64,000 nt of DNA from an uncultured bacterium (GTDB lineage Bacteria; Patescibacteriota; Minisyncoccia; Phycocordibacterales; CAIZLB01): the NCBI GenBank assembly GCA_903936565.1, contig CAIZVZ010000009.1, forward strand, positions 44,840-108,839, in the 5' to 3' direction. The translations under genes were made by a program, and so were the position numbers. Below the pieces are notes generated by a model. That model was given only the letters and a program-made list of their open reading frames with translations. It was not told the origin of the DNA and made no database searches. This document shows, one piece after another, positions 19,236 to 29,823 of this stretch. The number at the start of each line of letters is the position of its first letter. Positions within the stretch are counted from its first letter, which is position 1.

Positions 19236-20564
19236 TTACCTATTTGGATTCGAGCTCGATATCAAGCTTTCCAATTTCTGATTAAGACCATTTCTCGCTT
19301 CGCTACTTGAAACCTTACCGGTTGTTATTTGATCTATAAACTCTCTAAACATTGAATCTGTTATAGTCGAATTTGGATCCAACCATGTCTTTGATTGAAT
19401 GGTTGCTCTAGCAAATAAATCACCATATGTATTTGCACCAGAAGGTACTGCAAGAATATCTCTTCTGGCCGATGGTAAATTATTTATTTTAGTTAATTCA
19501 GTTTGAGCTTGAGATGATACCAATTGCGTCATAACAACAATTGCCGCAGCTTGATTTCTTGACTGCTTTACAAGGGCTAATGCTTTTATCTTCGCATAAG
19601 AGGTGGACTGAACATTCTTTGCCCTATTTTCATCTTGCGGCATTAAGGCTACATCAAAATTTAAATTAGGATTCTTTCTTTGCAAAATAGGATATTCACT
19701 AGCATAACCAAAATACATTGCCAAATTACCAGCAACAAAAGCATCTCTGGAATTTACAAGCGACTTATTCCAAGAATATCTTTCATTATTAGGATTTGAG
19801 AAGGATGTATAAAAGTTAGTAGATCCCTCAAGTACATTTACACCCTCGGCTGACGGTGTATCCGCTGTTGAAACATATCTTTTAACCCCCTGGTCAAATT
19901 CTATTAAATTATTTCCACCTTGTAGCATCAGGTTAACAAAGATTTCTTTAGAATGGTTAACATTAGATGATTCCCCAAGCGCCACAGCTGATTTAATAAT
20001 TTCTGATCTATCGGTTCTCTGCGTCAAACTTGGAATATCAGAACTTAATTGCTGCCATGTTTTTGGAGGGGAAACGATAGCTGCATCATTGAACATTGTC
20101 TTATTCCAATACATCACCAACGGATCAACACTAAAAGGTAAAGCGTAAATTCCATCGGCTGCCACAAAAATATTTGTTGAATCGATGAAGGTGTCAGTAT
20201 ATGTTCTTTGAGGTAGAGTCTTGAATGAAATTGGCTGAAGTTTTGCTTTCCATGAAAATAACTTTGAATCATCTATCATCACAATGTCGGGCCCTTTACC
20301 TTCAGCTAAAGCATTCACAAACTCGGATTCATACGTGTCAATATTTTTTTGAATATAAGTAACATTCATAACTTTTTTCTGAGGATCTATAGCTTCAAGA
20401 AGATTTTTGAACTCAGTCTCTGGCTCAGTTCCCCACACAACAGCGCTAACCGCTGAGTTATTTGACGAATTAGTGAATGCTGCAAAAATTATTACACCGA
20501 CAACTGCTGCAAAAATGAATACTCCGATGAGAATCACTTGAAATGGGCTTGATGATTTATCCAT
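19236..20564 (-). CDS. Extracellular solute-binding protein (family 1-like)
   Basis: N-terminal TM, GKGPDI, IYALPFSVDPLVMYWNK, PPKTW, F..G.LAM. Confidence 0.85.
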   Translation of the reverse strand: MDKSSSPFQVILIGVFIFAAVVGVIIFAAFTNSSNNSAVSAVVWGTEPETEFKNLLEAIDPQKKVMNVTYIQKNIDTYESEFVNALAEGKGPDIVMIDDSKLFSWKAKLQPISFKTLPQRTYTDTFIDSTNIFVAADGIYALPFSVDPLVMYWNKTMFNDAAIVSPPKTWQQLSSDIPSLTQRTDRSEIIKSAVALGESSNVNHSKEIFVNLMLQGGNNLIEFDQGVKRYVSTADTPSAEGVNVLEGSTNFYTSFSNPNNERYSWNKSLVNSRDAFVAGNLAMYFGYASEYPILQRKNPNLNFDVALMPQDENRAKNVQSTSYAKIKALALVKQSRNQAAAIVVMTQLVSSQAQTELTKINNLPSARRDILAVPSGANTYGDLFARATIQSKTWLDPNSTITDSMFREFIDQITTGKVSSSEARNGLNQKLESLISSSNPNR

Positions 20565-20580
20565 ATATAAATATTATAAC

Positions 20581-21114
20581 TTAATCTTTAAATTTAAACA
20601 CTAGGCCGTAATGATAGTCCCCCGCATCAAATTCTCTTTCTTGAATCATGTTCTCCCTATCAAACCAAGAGGCAATATGCTCTTTTGGGATTATGCAGTC
20701 TGGGTGGGGACCAAAGTGATTATATGAGTCAACCCAATCTATTACAGCAATTTTCCCCTTCAATTTTAAAATTCTTACAGCTTCCTTTACAGCCCTTTCT
20801 GGATGATCACAAACAAACAATGTGTTTGCAATTATCACCCTATCTACACTTGCATTAATTAAACCAGATCCATTGGGCGACTCTATGTCCCCTCTCAAGA
20901 CTTCAACGTTTTTATGATGAAAAATCTTTGCTTCATTTGCAATTCTAGTCAACAAATCCGCCCTTGTATCTATTGCATAAACTTTTCCATGTGGACCAAC
21001 TTTTTTTGCAAGCGCCATTGTAAAATATCCAGCACCAGCATCAAAATCTACAACAGTCATACCTTCTGCAATATTCATGTCGTGTAATGTTTTTTCAGGT
21101 TTAACAAAACTCAT
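20581..21114 (-). CDS. Class I SAM-dependent methyltransferase
   Basis: VVDFDAGAGYF, GKVYAID, RILK..GK...IDW. Confidence 0.85.
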   Translation of the reverse strand: MSFVKPEKTLHDMNIAEGMTVVDFDAGAGYFTMALAKKVGPHGKVYAIDTRADLLTRIANEAKIFHHKNVEVLRGDIESPNGSGLINASVDRVIIANTLFVCDHPERAVKEAVRILKLKGKIAVIDWVDSYNHFGPHPDCIIPKEHIASWFDRENMIQEREFDAGDYHYGLVFKFKD

Positions 21115-21321
21115 ATATAAATATTATAGCACCCAGTAAAAGATTTTGCTAAACCTTAACGGGAATACGAGCTACTTTTTTGTTGAGAGGTATAATTATC
21201 TCCCTTGAGTATTATTGCTGGGACCCGCTTATCATTTATTTTAACTTTACATTGAGTACTTTCATGGTAATCTTTACAAGAACCTGAACCCGCTCTAGGC
21301 GGTATACCTAGAATTTTAAAC

Positions 21322-21876
21322 ATGCCGAAAGAATTCGCTGCAAAACAAAGTCCACGACTGGCTATTATCCTCTGTGGAAGTAGCCGCATTTCCGCAACCA
21401 AGCTATGTGAAATGATGGTTAAAACCGCAAGTCACATCGACCAAATTGCAAACGACCGACCGTTAAACCTCTTGGAAATTGGAATCCCTGACGAGGCGGC
21501 GTACACTGCTCTTATTGAGGCGCTAGGAACTGAAAAAATTAGATCCAGCAGCACCTTAGCTAAGGGCCCAGGCCCGCTGAATGAGGATGAGGTCATCCAA
21601 TTCCTTGAATCAGCAAGAGTGACTACAGACAACACCGTCAGCGTTGTCGTCGTCCAAGACAAGAACGATGGGGCACTATTGATAGACGCCATCGCTCGGC
21701 GTCATTTCAATCGGGAAGTGTCCGCACCAGAAGGTCGTCAATTGGCCGAACTTGGATGTTACACTGCCTTTAAGCCAAAGGGAGGAGGAAGATTCCGAAG
21801 ACTCGACAACCCAATACGTCATGACCTATCCCACATACATGGCCCACCCAAAGCCAGGCAAGGGAAAAAAGATTGA
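21322..21876 (+). CDS. Hypothetical protein
   Basis: 184-aa GC-richer ORF followed by hairpin GGGCCGCCCAGA-TTCG-TCTGGGCGGCCC. Confidence 0.65.
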   Translation: MPKEFAAKQSPRLAIILCGSSRISATKLCEMMVKTASHIDQIANDRPLNLLEIGIPDEAAYTALIEALGTEKIRSSSTLAKGPGPLNEDEVIQFLESARVTTDNTVSVVVVQDKNDGALLIDAIARRHFNREVSAPEGRQLAELGCYTAFKPKGGGRFRRLDNPIRHDLSHIHGPPKARQGKKD

Positions 21877-21989
21877 CTGACGGGAAGGAAATTAACCAAC
21901 ACCCAAAGGGCCGCCCAGATTCGTCTGGGCGGCCCTCCATCATTCCTGACAAAAGAAATTCTTGTTACAGGCACATATATATTTATATA

Positions 21990-24461
21990 CTACAGACAGA
22001 TAAGTGACGCCAACCCATCACCCTCTCGTAGTTTCATAATTCTAACCCCTTGAGTATCACGTCCAAGAGTTGGAACTTCTTTCAAATCACATCTGATAAC
22101 CTGACTCTTCTTTGAAATCGCAACAAGCTCTTCAAGTTCAGGTGTTAGAATTCTTGCGGAAATCAAATCACCCGTCTTTGGAGTCACTTTTACAGTTTTA
22201 ATTCCCGATCCTCCTCTTCCCTGAATCTTGTATTCCTTAATTCGAGTTTTCTTTCCATAACCATTCATCGACATAACCATTACAGTTGCATCAGTTACAT
22301 CCTTTGCAATAGTATCAGCCCCAACCACTGAGACATCCTTATCCAATTTCATCACCCGGACTCCTCCAGCGGAGCGCCCCATTTCTCTAACATCACCTTC
22401 GTCGAATCTAATTGATTGTCCATCAGATGCAACAACCATTACAGAATCTTTCTTCTCAACAAATGATGCTGAAACCAATTCATCTTGTGGATCAAGTCTG
22501 ATAGCAATAATTCCACTTCTTCTAACATCGAGGAAGCTTTCTACGGAAACCTTCTTTCCAGTTCCCTGCTTTGTAACCAAGAATAGACTAAGCCCACTTC
22601 CCTTCTTGATTTGCTTTGGCATTGGCAAAACAGATGTCACCTTCTCACTATCAGAAAGAGATAAGAAGTTCATGATTGACTTACCACGAGTGGCACGCTT
22701 TCCTTCTGGAATATCATACATCTTAATTTGGTATGCCTTACCCTTATCAGTGAAGAACAATAAATCACTGTGAGTTGTAGTTGTTATAAGGTGAGTTATG
22801 AAGTCCTCCTCCTTAGTGTCTAGATCAACAACACCAACACCACCTCTCTTTTGTTTTCTATATTCATCAGGATCAGTTCTCTTAATGTATCCTCCTGATG
22901 TTAGAACAAGTACACTTTCTTCATCCGGAATAACATCCTCGATGCAGAAATTTTTTGCTGCATGCTTAATAATCTTTGTTCTTCTATTGTCACCAAATCG
23001 TTCCCTAATATCAGCAAGTTCATCCTTAACAATTTTCAAAACTCTTTTAGGATTCTTTAGAATATCTTCACACTCCTTAATGAAAGCTTGAACTGCCTTT
23101 AATTCATCCTCAATCTTCTTTCGCTCAAGACCAGCAAGCTTCTGCAATTTCATTTCCAAAATAGCAGTAGTTTGTCTATCGGAGAATTTAAACTCCTTCA
23201 TCAAATTAGCGTGAGCGGTAGGAGTATCCTTTGATGCTTTAATAGTTTTAATAATTGCATCAATGTGATCAAGAGCCTTTTTCAAACCGAGCAAAATATG
23301 CTCACGATCTAGCGCCTCTTTCAAATCAAATTCAGTTCTTCTTCTGATAACCTCTTTTCTGTGTTTAATAAATTCTTCAAGACAAGATTTCAAAGATAGA
23401 GTTTGCGGCACACCATCAACGAGTGCAACCATGTTGTAGTGGAAAGTTGTCTCAAGTTGAGTGTGTTTATATAGGAAGTTCAAAATATTCTGAGGATAAC
23501 TTCCACTCTTAAGTTCGATCACAATTCTAATGTCTTTTGTTGACTCATCACGCAAGTCCTTTAGACCTTCTAACTTTTTCTCACGCACCAAATCAGCGAT
23601 AGCTTCAATCAGAGTTGATTTGTTAACTCTATATGGGATTGAAGTAATCACAATCTTAGATTGACCTGCTTTTTCTTCAATAATTTCAGCTTCTCCTCGA
23701 ACTACAACTCCACCTCTACCGTGAATTAGAGCTGCAGCAATATCTTTTTCATTATACGCAACACCACCGAGAGGAAAGTCAGGACCCTTAACAAATTCTA
23801 ACAGATCTTCTGATGATGCATCTGGATTATCAGCCAAGTGAACAGTAGCATCAACAATCTCTCTCAAGTTGTGAGGAGGAAAGTTAGTTGCCATACCGAC
23901 AGCAATACCAAGAACACCATTCAAAAGCAAGTTAGGCACTGCGGTTGGCATAACCGTAGGTTCTTTACTCGTTCCATCATAGTTAGGAACGAAATCAACA
24001 GTTTGTTTTCCGATATCACGAAGTAGTTCAGATGACAGTCTAGACATCTTTGCCTCCGTATAACGTTGTGCAGCAGGTGGATCACCATCAACTGTTCCGA
24101 AGTTACCTTGTCCAATTACCAACGGATATCTCATTGAAAAATCCTGCGCCATGTTAACCATGGACATATAAATAGCAACGTCTCCGTGTGGGTGAAAATT
24201 ACCCATCACATCTCCAACTACTTTAGCTGACTTAACAGTCTTTGCTGAAGCCGTTAGACGCATTCCATTCATGGCATATAAGATTCTTCTGTGCACAGGT
24301 TTAAGACCATCTCTGATATCAGGAAGGGCACGGTCTGTAATAACAGACATGGCATAGTCAATGTATGACTTCCTCATTTCCTGTGTCAGATTTCTGTCTT
24401 GTATTTTGTCAGAATTATCTGCGATAACTTCTACTTCTGCTGTTACTATCTTTTTTGCCAT
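21990..24461 (-). CDS. gyrA: DNA gyrase subunit A
   Basis: [28 protein letters not shown], GyrA-box QKRGGVG, C-terminal beta-pinwheel. Confidence 0.97.
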   Translation of the reverse strand: MAKKIVTAEVEVIADNSDKIQDRNLTQEMRKSYIDYAMSVITDRALPDIRDGLKPVHRRILYAMNGMRLTASAKTVKSAKVVGDVMGNFHPHGDVAIYMSMVNMAQDFSMRYPLVIGQGNFGTVDGDPPAAQRYTEAKMSRLSSELLRDIGKQTVDFVPNYDGTSKEPTVMPTAVPNLLLNGVLGIAVGMATNFPPHNLREIVDATVHLADNPDASSEDLLEFVKGPDFPLGGVAYNEKDIAAALIHGRGGVVVRGEAEIIEEKAGQSKIVITSIPYRVNKSTLIEAIADLVREKKLEGLKDLRDESTKDIRIVIELKSGSYPQNILNFLYKHTQLETTFHYNMVALVDGVPQTLSLKSCLEEFIKHRKEVIRRRTEFDLKEALDREHILLGLKKALDHIDAIIKTIKASKDTPTAHANLMKEFKFSDRQTTAILEMKLQKLAGLERKKIEDELKAVQAFIKECEDILKNPKRVLKIVKDELADIRERFGDNRRTKIIKHAAKNFCIEDVIPDEESVLVLTSGGYIKRTDPDEYRKQKRGGVGVVDLDTKEEDFITHLITTTTHSDLLFFTDKGKAYQIKMYDIPEGKRATRGKSIMNFLSLSDSEKVTSVLPMPKQIKKGSGLSLFLVTKQGTGKKVSVESFLDVRRSGIIAIRLDPQDELVSASFVEKKDSVMVVASDGQSIRFDEGDVREMGRSAGGVRVMKLDKDVSVVGADTIAKDVTDATVMVMSMNGYGKKTRIKEYKIQGRGGSGIKTVKVTPKTGDLISARILTPELEELVAISKKSQVIRCDLKEVPTLGRDTQGVRIMKLREGDGLASLICL

Positions 24462-24487
24462 TTTTCTTTTCTTATTAAAATTTATAA

Positions 24488-25027
24488 TTAATTTCCCGCA
24501 CTAACTTCTGCATCAATACCAACATCCGCATTCTCTGGAGTAATCGGATTGGTGACAGAGTCAAGACTTTCATCTACCCTATCCGCCTCCACTGTCACAC
24601 CACTTGATGTGGTTGTGGAATAAACTGCATCACTTACTGATGAGCCGAGAACGCCAGAATCATCAGTGGCCCCAACCCCAGTTTGCACCCCAGCATTTTG
24701 TGACAGTCCCAGAGTACCATTATCATATTTAACTTCATATTGACCACCCATAAACTTCTTTTGTGTCAGACCTTTTATCGAATCAAAAAATGAATCGAAT
24801 ACATTTCCAGCCTCCTGCTTCACAATACCAGTTGGACTTAAGCTTCCTCCGTCAATAGCGGTTGCAACAGATGCGCTACTATCAACTGTATTTAGATTTG
24901 GAATAAACCATGAAAAAATCCAAACTCCTCCAACTACACCAGTAAACAAAATTGATGCTGTAATAGCATACAACACTCTAAAGTTTTCTGATTTTTGTCT
25001 TACATTGTCAAAATGTTTAGTTAACAT
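24488..25027 (-). CDS. Hypothetical single-TM protein
   Basis: TM followed by an acidic low-complexity tail. Confidence 0.65.
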   Translation of the reverse strand: MLTKHFDNVRQKSENFRVLYAITASILFTGVVGGVWIFSWFIPNLNTVDSSASVATAIDGGSLSPTGIVKQEAGNVFDSFFDSIKGLTQKKFMGGQYEVKYDNGTLGLSQNAGVQTGVGATDDSGVLGSSVSDAVYSTTTSSGVTVEADRVDESLDSVTNPITPENADVGIDAEVSAGN

Positions 25028-25067
25028 GGTTTTGTTTATTTTTACGCATTTGCGCTACTTAAAAATC

Positions 25068-25709
25068 TTATTGTTGTGGCGACAAAACTATTATATCACC
25101 ATTTTTTCCTTCGAGGTCTTTTTTCTTGATTGTTAATTTATCAATCGGCTCCCCGTGATCACCCGCCTCCTTCAAGAATGCAACAAGCGCCTCATCTTTT
25201 TTACTATCGAAGTGAATTGGAATAATAATCTTAGGCTCCATATTCATTGCTAGCTTGTATGCAGTCTTTGCATCAAGCACTCCTTTCCCACCGATTGGAA
25301 GGAAAAGAATATCCACTGAGTCAATCGCGTCCGCCGTATCCTTTGGAAGCGGACCATCTTGTGCGCCCAAGTAGAGCATGTTGATTCCCTCAACTGTCAA
25401 AGCATAAATTGTATTTATAAGCTTAGGCTCATCCTTATCAATATCATATGATGATTCACCCGCTAGGCCTTTGATAAAAATACTATTTACTTCATATTCT
25501 CCAGGACCAGAAACAACAAAAGGCTTCTTATCACCGTAAACCATTTCAGATCCTCCACACATATCCTCATGAGGCAGAGTTTCAAGGGCGATATCCGCTC
25601 CAAATTTATTAATTTTATAAGACGAAGTCTTTGCTGGCGGATTAAAAGCCAACACCAAATCCCCATACTGAATTTTAACAGCCTCACGGCCCAAATACGT
25701 AATAATCAT
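25068..25709 (-). CDS. MBL-fold metallo-hydrolase-like protein (degenerate metal motif)
   Basis: MIITYLG, GPGEYEV, VDILFLPIGG, PKIIIPIHF. Confidence 0.8.
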   Translation of the reverse strand: MIITYLGREAVKIQYGDLVLAFNPPAKTSSYKINKFGADIALETLPHEDMCGGSEMVYGDKKPFVVSGPGEYEVNSIFIKGLAGESSYDIDKDEPKLINTIYALTVEGINMLYLGAQDGPLPKDTADAIDSVDILFLPIGGKGVLDAKTAYKLAMNMEPKIIIPIHFDSKKDEALVAFLKEAGDHGEPIDKLTIKKKDLEGKNGDIIVLSPQQ

Positions 25710-25931
25710 GGCAGTATTATACACCATTTAAAAATCTTTGTTTAGCCCACCCTCCTTTTAGACATGAAAATATAGGGGTGTAAAGTTGGGGATTCTATTT
25801 CCTGCAGGGTATTGTATTTTCCCAAAAAACATGCATAATAACCTAGTCAGATTATTAGCAATTCCAAGCACTGTAACCCCTGCCGAGCAATTCAGAGACC
25901 CAAGCAGGAGCAGTACTTGATTTTTTATTTC

Positions 25932-27080
25932 ATGACAAAAGATACAGAAGAAACAACAGTTATCGCAAATGATACTGAAAAGGAAGCGGCAGAGGCTATC
26001 GCACAAATGAACGCAAGTGTGATGTCAAAGATTATTGCAGATTCTCACACTCCCCCAAGTGTCTCAGACATAGTGGAAGGAAAGGTTATCGCAATAGACA
26101 AGAAAGGAGTTTTTATAGATCTCCGACCTTATGGAACTGGAATCATCTATGGTAGAGAGTATATAAGTGCCAGAGACATCCTAAGAAAGGTTAATGTTGG
26201 AGACAGTATTGCCGCAAAGGTAGTAGAAGTTAACAACGCCGATGGTTACATCGAACTTTCACTTAAAGAAGCTAAGCAAGCTCTTATCTGGAGTGAAGCT
26301 GAGAGCGCAATCAAAAACAATACAGTTTATGATGTTCCCGTTCTTGAAGCAAACAAAGGAGGTCTTCTTATGGCATGGCAAGGTATTCAAGGATTCCTTC
26401 CAGCGTCTCAATTGAAGGCTGATAATTATCCAAGAGTTGAAGAAGGAAACAAGGATAGAATCCTTGAAGAACTTAAGAAACTAGTTGGTCAAAAGCTTTC
26501 AGTTACAATTATCGCAGCATCTCCAAAGGAAGGTAAACTAATCTTCTCAGAGAAGAATATCGCAGAAGGAGGTGAGAAAGAAAAAGTTGCAAGCAAATAC
26601 GTTGTAGGCGATGAAGTTGAAGGAACTGTAACAGGAGCCGTAGACTTCGGAGTATTCGTTAAGCTTGAAGAAAATCTAGAAGGTCTAGTTCATATTTCAG
26701 AAATTGACTGGGCGCTAGTTGAGGATCCTCGTACAATGTTTAAGGTTGGAGAAAAAATTAAAGTTAAAGTTATAGAAATTAAGGACGGTAAAGTTTCTCT
26801 ATCAATCAAAGCACTTAAGCCAAATCCATGGAAAGATGCTGAGAAGAAATACAAGAGAGATGATATCGTTACTGGAGTTGTAATTAAGTACAACAAGCAC
26901 GGAGCACTTGCAAGTATCGAGGAAGGAATCGCCGGCCTAGTTCACGTTTCAGAATTTGGAAGTGAGCCTAAGCTAAAAGAGAGTCTTGAACTTGGTAAAA
27001 GCTATACTTTTAAGATAAGTCTGTTCGATGCTAAGGAGCAAAAGATGGCACTTTCTTTTGTTGACAAAAACAAGAAATAG
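25932..27080 (+). CDS. rpsA: 30S ribosomal protein S1 (four S1 domains)
   Basis: Repeated S1 domains: GFLPASQL, FGVFV..EGLVHISE, GLVHVSE. Confidence 0.92.
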   Translation: MTKDTEETTVIANDTEKEAAEAIAQMNASVMSKIIADSHTPPSVSDIVEGKVIAIDKKGVFIDLRPYGTGIIYGREYISARDILRKVNVGDSIAAKVVEVNNADGYIELSLKEAKQALIWSEAESAIKNNTVYDVPVLEANKGGLLMAWQGIQGFLPASQLKADNYPRVEEGNKDRILEELKKLVGQKLSVTIIAASPKEGKLIFSEKNIAEGGEKEKVASKYVVGDEVEGTVTGAVDFGVFVKLEENLEGLVHISEIDWALVEDPRTMFKVGEKIKVKVIEIKDGKVSLSIKALKPNPWKDAEKKYKRDDIVTGVVIKYNKHGALASIEEGIAGLVHVSEFGSEPKLKESLELGKSYTFKISLFDAKEQKMALSFVDKNKK

Positions 27081-27200
27081 GATTAAAAGTAAAGGGTGCA
27101 GGCACAATTTCTTTATTTTGTACGGCCAATGTTGGAGCCAAACTGCTGTTTGATTCCAACGCTGGCTGTACAACTTATGTGAAGCGCGCCGACGATGCAC

Positions 27201-27238
27201 AACACCAAAACCCGCATGAAAGTGCGGGTTTTGGTGTT
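27201..27238. terminator. Hairpin/terminator after rpsA
   Basis: AACACCAAAACCCGCA..TGCGGGTTTTGGTGTT inverted repeat. Confidence 0.75.
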
Positions 27239-27322
27239 GTTGGGGGGGCTAAATTAGATATTCAGCCTGCCATTACGCCGCATTATGGCCGTCTCAAAGC
27301 AGCCTCGCCACCCTTACGTGGC

Positions 27323-27350
27323 TTGACATTTTGTATATGTGTGATAATAT
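27323..27350 (+). promoter_or_regulatory. Sigma70-type promoter of cassette 1
   Basis: TTGACA-16 nt-TAATAT with extended TG; same layout at 28203. Confidence 0.65.
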
Positions 27351-27430
27351 TTTATAGGTATAGCTCCTTCACAAGCGCGATACATATTTTGGTGAAGTAG
27401 AGTTGAAAATTGGAAACTTCTTCTGAACAC

Positions 27431-27515
27431 GGTTTTGATTGCACATTTCTTTGTATTTTACTAAGTACAAAGAAATGTGCAATCAATCCTACGTTAGGAA
27501 GAAGTTGCCAAACCA
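27431..27515 (+). ncRNA. Putative structured 5' leader, copy 1
   Basis: 21-bp perfect stem 27435-27455/27466-27486, then conserved TCCTACG..AGGA.GAAGTTGCC.AAACCAAC. Confidence 0.55.
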
Positions 27516-27538
27516 ACGACCAATCAACAACACAGCAC

Positions 27539-28117
27539 ATGAATAAATCAATAGCCCATACCATTTTTTACTATTTATTACTACCATTTCTGATTACACT
27601 TGGTTTAATTTTATTGATAGGATTTATAGTAAAAATCAATACCCGCCCACCCCAAAATCAGGGCAGCAGTTTGGAGTACACGGTGATGGTGAGGGACAAA
27701 ATCGCCATACTGCACATGATGGCAATTAAACTGGAAGAAAAGATCGGAGAACTCGATAGCCAGGGGGTCATCGATCAAGAATTCCTCCCATCGACCATCC
27801 AAGAAAAATGGGAGAAATCAGGGAGGAGTGGAAGCATTGCCTTCAATCGAGTTGTAGAAATCGCCATCGGACAAGTTCTTCTAATGAGTGAATTGCTCAA
27901 GAACGATGTGACCAGTGAATCTTCACCGACGTTTGGCCATATTGCTCGCACGAAAACAACCGTACAAGTAAATACCGCTCGACGAACAACGTACGATCAA
28001 CTCCAGGCCATGATGGCCAAATATGAACAACAACCGGAGTATTTACCTTGGTATCAAATTCCAAAGTTTTATGACACTCTCGAACCCGTAACACTGACCC
28101 CTCTCGAGGGAAAGTGA
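27539..28117 (+). CDS. Membrane-anchored hypothetical protein, paralog of 28414..28947
   Basis: Probable start MNKSIAH; N-terminal TM; ELLKNDV..KTTVQ. Confidence 0.7.
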   Translation: MNKSIAHTIFYYLLLPFLITLGLILLIGFIVKINTRPPQNQGSSLEYTVMVRDKIAILHMMAIKLEEKIGELDSQGVIDQEFLPSTIQEKWEKSGRSGSIAFNRVVEIAIGQVLLMSELLKNDVTSESSPTFGHIARTKTTVQVNTARRTTYDQLQAMMAKYEQQPEYLPWYQIPKFYDTLEPVTLTPLEGK

Positions 28118-28202
28118 CAAAAACAAAATCCGTCTCGCCCTCAGGGGCGCGGCGGATGTTTTTTAATTTATATGTTTTTAATAAATAGTCACCACCCCCC
28201 CC

Positions 28203-28230
28203 TTGACATTATACACATATGTGCTACTAT
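28203..28230 (+). promoter_or_regulatory. Sigma70-type promoter of cassette 2
   Basis: TTGACA-16 nt-TACTAT with extended TG. Confidence 0.65.
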
Positions 28231-28304
28231 TATATAGTTATAGATCTTTTACATCCCTACTGAACACCTTGATGTTTTTTGATTTAAAATTCTTTTAAGC
28301 ATTC

Positions 28305-28394
28305 GGTTTGATTGCACATGCTTCTGTATTTATTTAATAAGTACATAAGCATGTGCAACCAATCCTACGAGAGGACGAAGTTGCCGAAACCAAC
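28305..28394 (+). ncRNA. Putative structured 5' leader, copy 2
   Basis: Homologous long hairpin with compensatory substitutions relative to copy 1. Confidence 0.55.
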
Positions 28395-28413
28395 AACCAC
28401 TACTACCACTACC

Positions 28414-28947
28414 ATGAAATCAACAATCGCTATTCTGTCCCTCACCGGCGCTCTGGTCTTTACGGGCCTCACGGCTCTTGCCCAGTACAAAAGGGCCGAA
28501 ACCTTCAGGGACCAACTCCTTGAAATCGTCCACAACAGGACGGTTTTGACGGATAAGGTCACAGCCGAAAAGGTTGAGGTCATGCAAAAGATGGCGGACA
28601 ATCTGAAGAAGAAATTCGGCGACATCGACGACCTCGGTACCATGAAAATGTGGTGCACACCAAAGGCAATTCAAGGCCGCTGGAGTGACCACCTTAAGGG
28701 GTCGCCGACAGACAGGGACATCTACCTCGAGGCAGACATCGACAATGCTATCGTTGACCTCCTCTTTACGGAGGAGTTACTCAAGGACGACGTCCCTAGC
28801 CCCAACCAAAGGTACCGGGACATTGTCCAGCTCAAGACCACCGACCAAGAACAGGCCGCGATTCGAGCGGCATATGAACAACGTGATGAAATTGTCGCGC
28901 CATTCCAAAAGCGCATCAATGACATCATGAACAGGACCAGAGAATAA
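28414..28947 (+). CDS. Secreted hypothetical protein, paralog of 27539..28117
   Basis: Probable start MKSTIAIL (signal peptide); ELLKDDV..KTTDQ. Confidence 0.7.
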   Translation: MKSTIAILSLTGALVFTGLTALAQYKRAETFRDQLLEIVHNRTVLTDKVTAEKVEVMQKMADNLKKKFGDIDDLGTMKMWCTPKAIQGRWSDHLKGSPTDRDIYLEADIDNAIVDLLFTEELLKDDVPSPNQRYRDIVQLKTTDQEQAAIRAAYEQRDEIVAPFQKRINDIMNRTRE

Positions 28948-29157
28948 CCCGCCACTTGGCGGACCTCCGGTGCAAAAACAAATCCGTCCACCCTCCGGGG
29001 TGTGGCGGTGTTTTTTTATTTGATTTATATTACTTCATTACCTAGTCCACACTCTCTAGATGAAGTTACCTAAACAACGTATTATTATGGCGGTCTCAGA
29101 TAGATATCTTTGACAAAGATTAATTGTACAAAACCGAACCAAGAAAGAACCAGATAA

Positions 29158-29739
29158 GTGAATGGAATACTCAGCAGAGAAATTGAAGCCAGATTCATTG
29201 TAAGCATTTGCCCCGAAGAAAAGGAGCCCGAGCAACTACGGCAGCTTACAATTGACCAACGATACTTGCGTGCCAAGGGACGCATCCGGCGTGTACGAAC
29301 CAAGATAGCTGGACAAGACAAAGAAAAGACGTCCGTTGTCTTGAATCGAAAATGGAAAATGGCGAATACGCTTGGAGGTAATTGGGAGATGGAACTCTGT
29401 CTTCCTAACACCTTCTTCATCGCCAGATTTTGCTTTTGGTTTCTGACCAAATTCCTCAGCGATCCAGCCTGTTACCCCATTCACAAGACCAGAACTGTTT
29501 ACGAATGGGATGGCGGCATGGAACTTGAATGGGACATATTCGCCAGCCAGCATGCCTTACCAGATGGACCATTTGGAATGTTGGAAGTTGAAGTGAGTGC
29601 AGGTTTTGACCTCGCTACGCTACAGGCCAAACTTCCCAAGTGGTTCGAGGTAAAGGATGACGTCACAGGACAAGCGTACTGGAGTAATGTGAATATTTCC
29701 CGACGGCTCCAAAGGATTTACCGCGGAAGAAGACAGTAA
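29158..29739 (+). CDS. CYTH-domain (triphosphate tunnel metalloenzyme) protein
   Basis: REIEARF, QRYL, RIR, KTR, LEWDIF, LEVE, DVTG..YWSN. Confidence 0.75.
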   Translation: MNGILSREIEARFIVSICPEEKEPEQLRQLTIDQRYLRAKGRIRRVRTKIAGQDKEKTSVVLNRKWKMANTLGGNWEMELCLPNTFFIARFCFWFLTKFLSDPACYPIHKTRTVYEWDGGMELEWDIFASQHALPDGPFGMLEVEVSAGFDLATLQAKLPKWFEVKDDVTGQAYWSNVNISRRLQRIYRGRRQ

Positions 29740-29823
29740 TTTCACACTACACCCCCAACAAGACGGGCCGCGACAGCGGCCCGTCTTTTCTAATATACTT
29801 TTCAAAATATTTAGAGCTATTTT

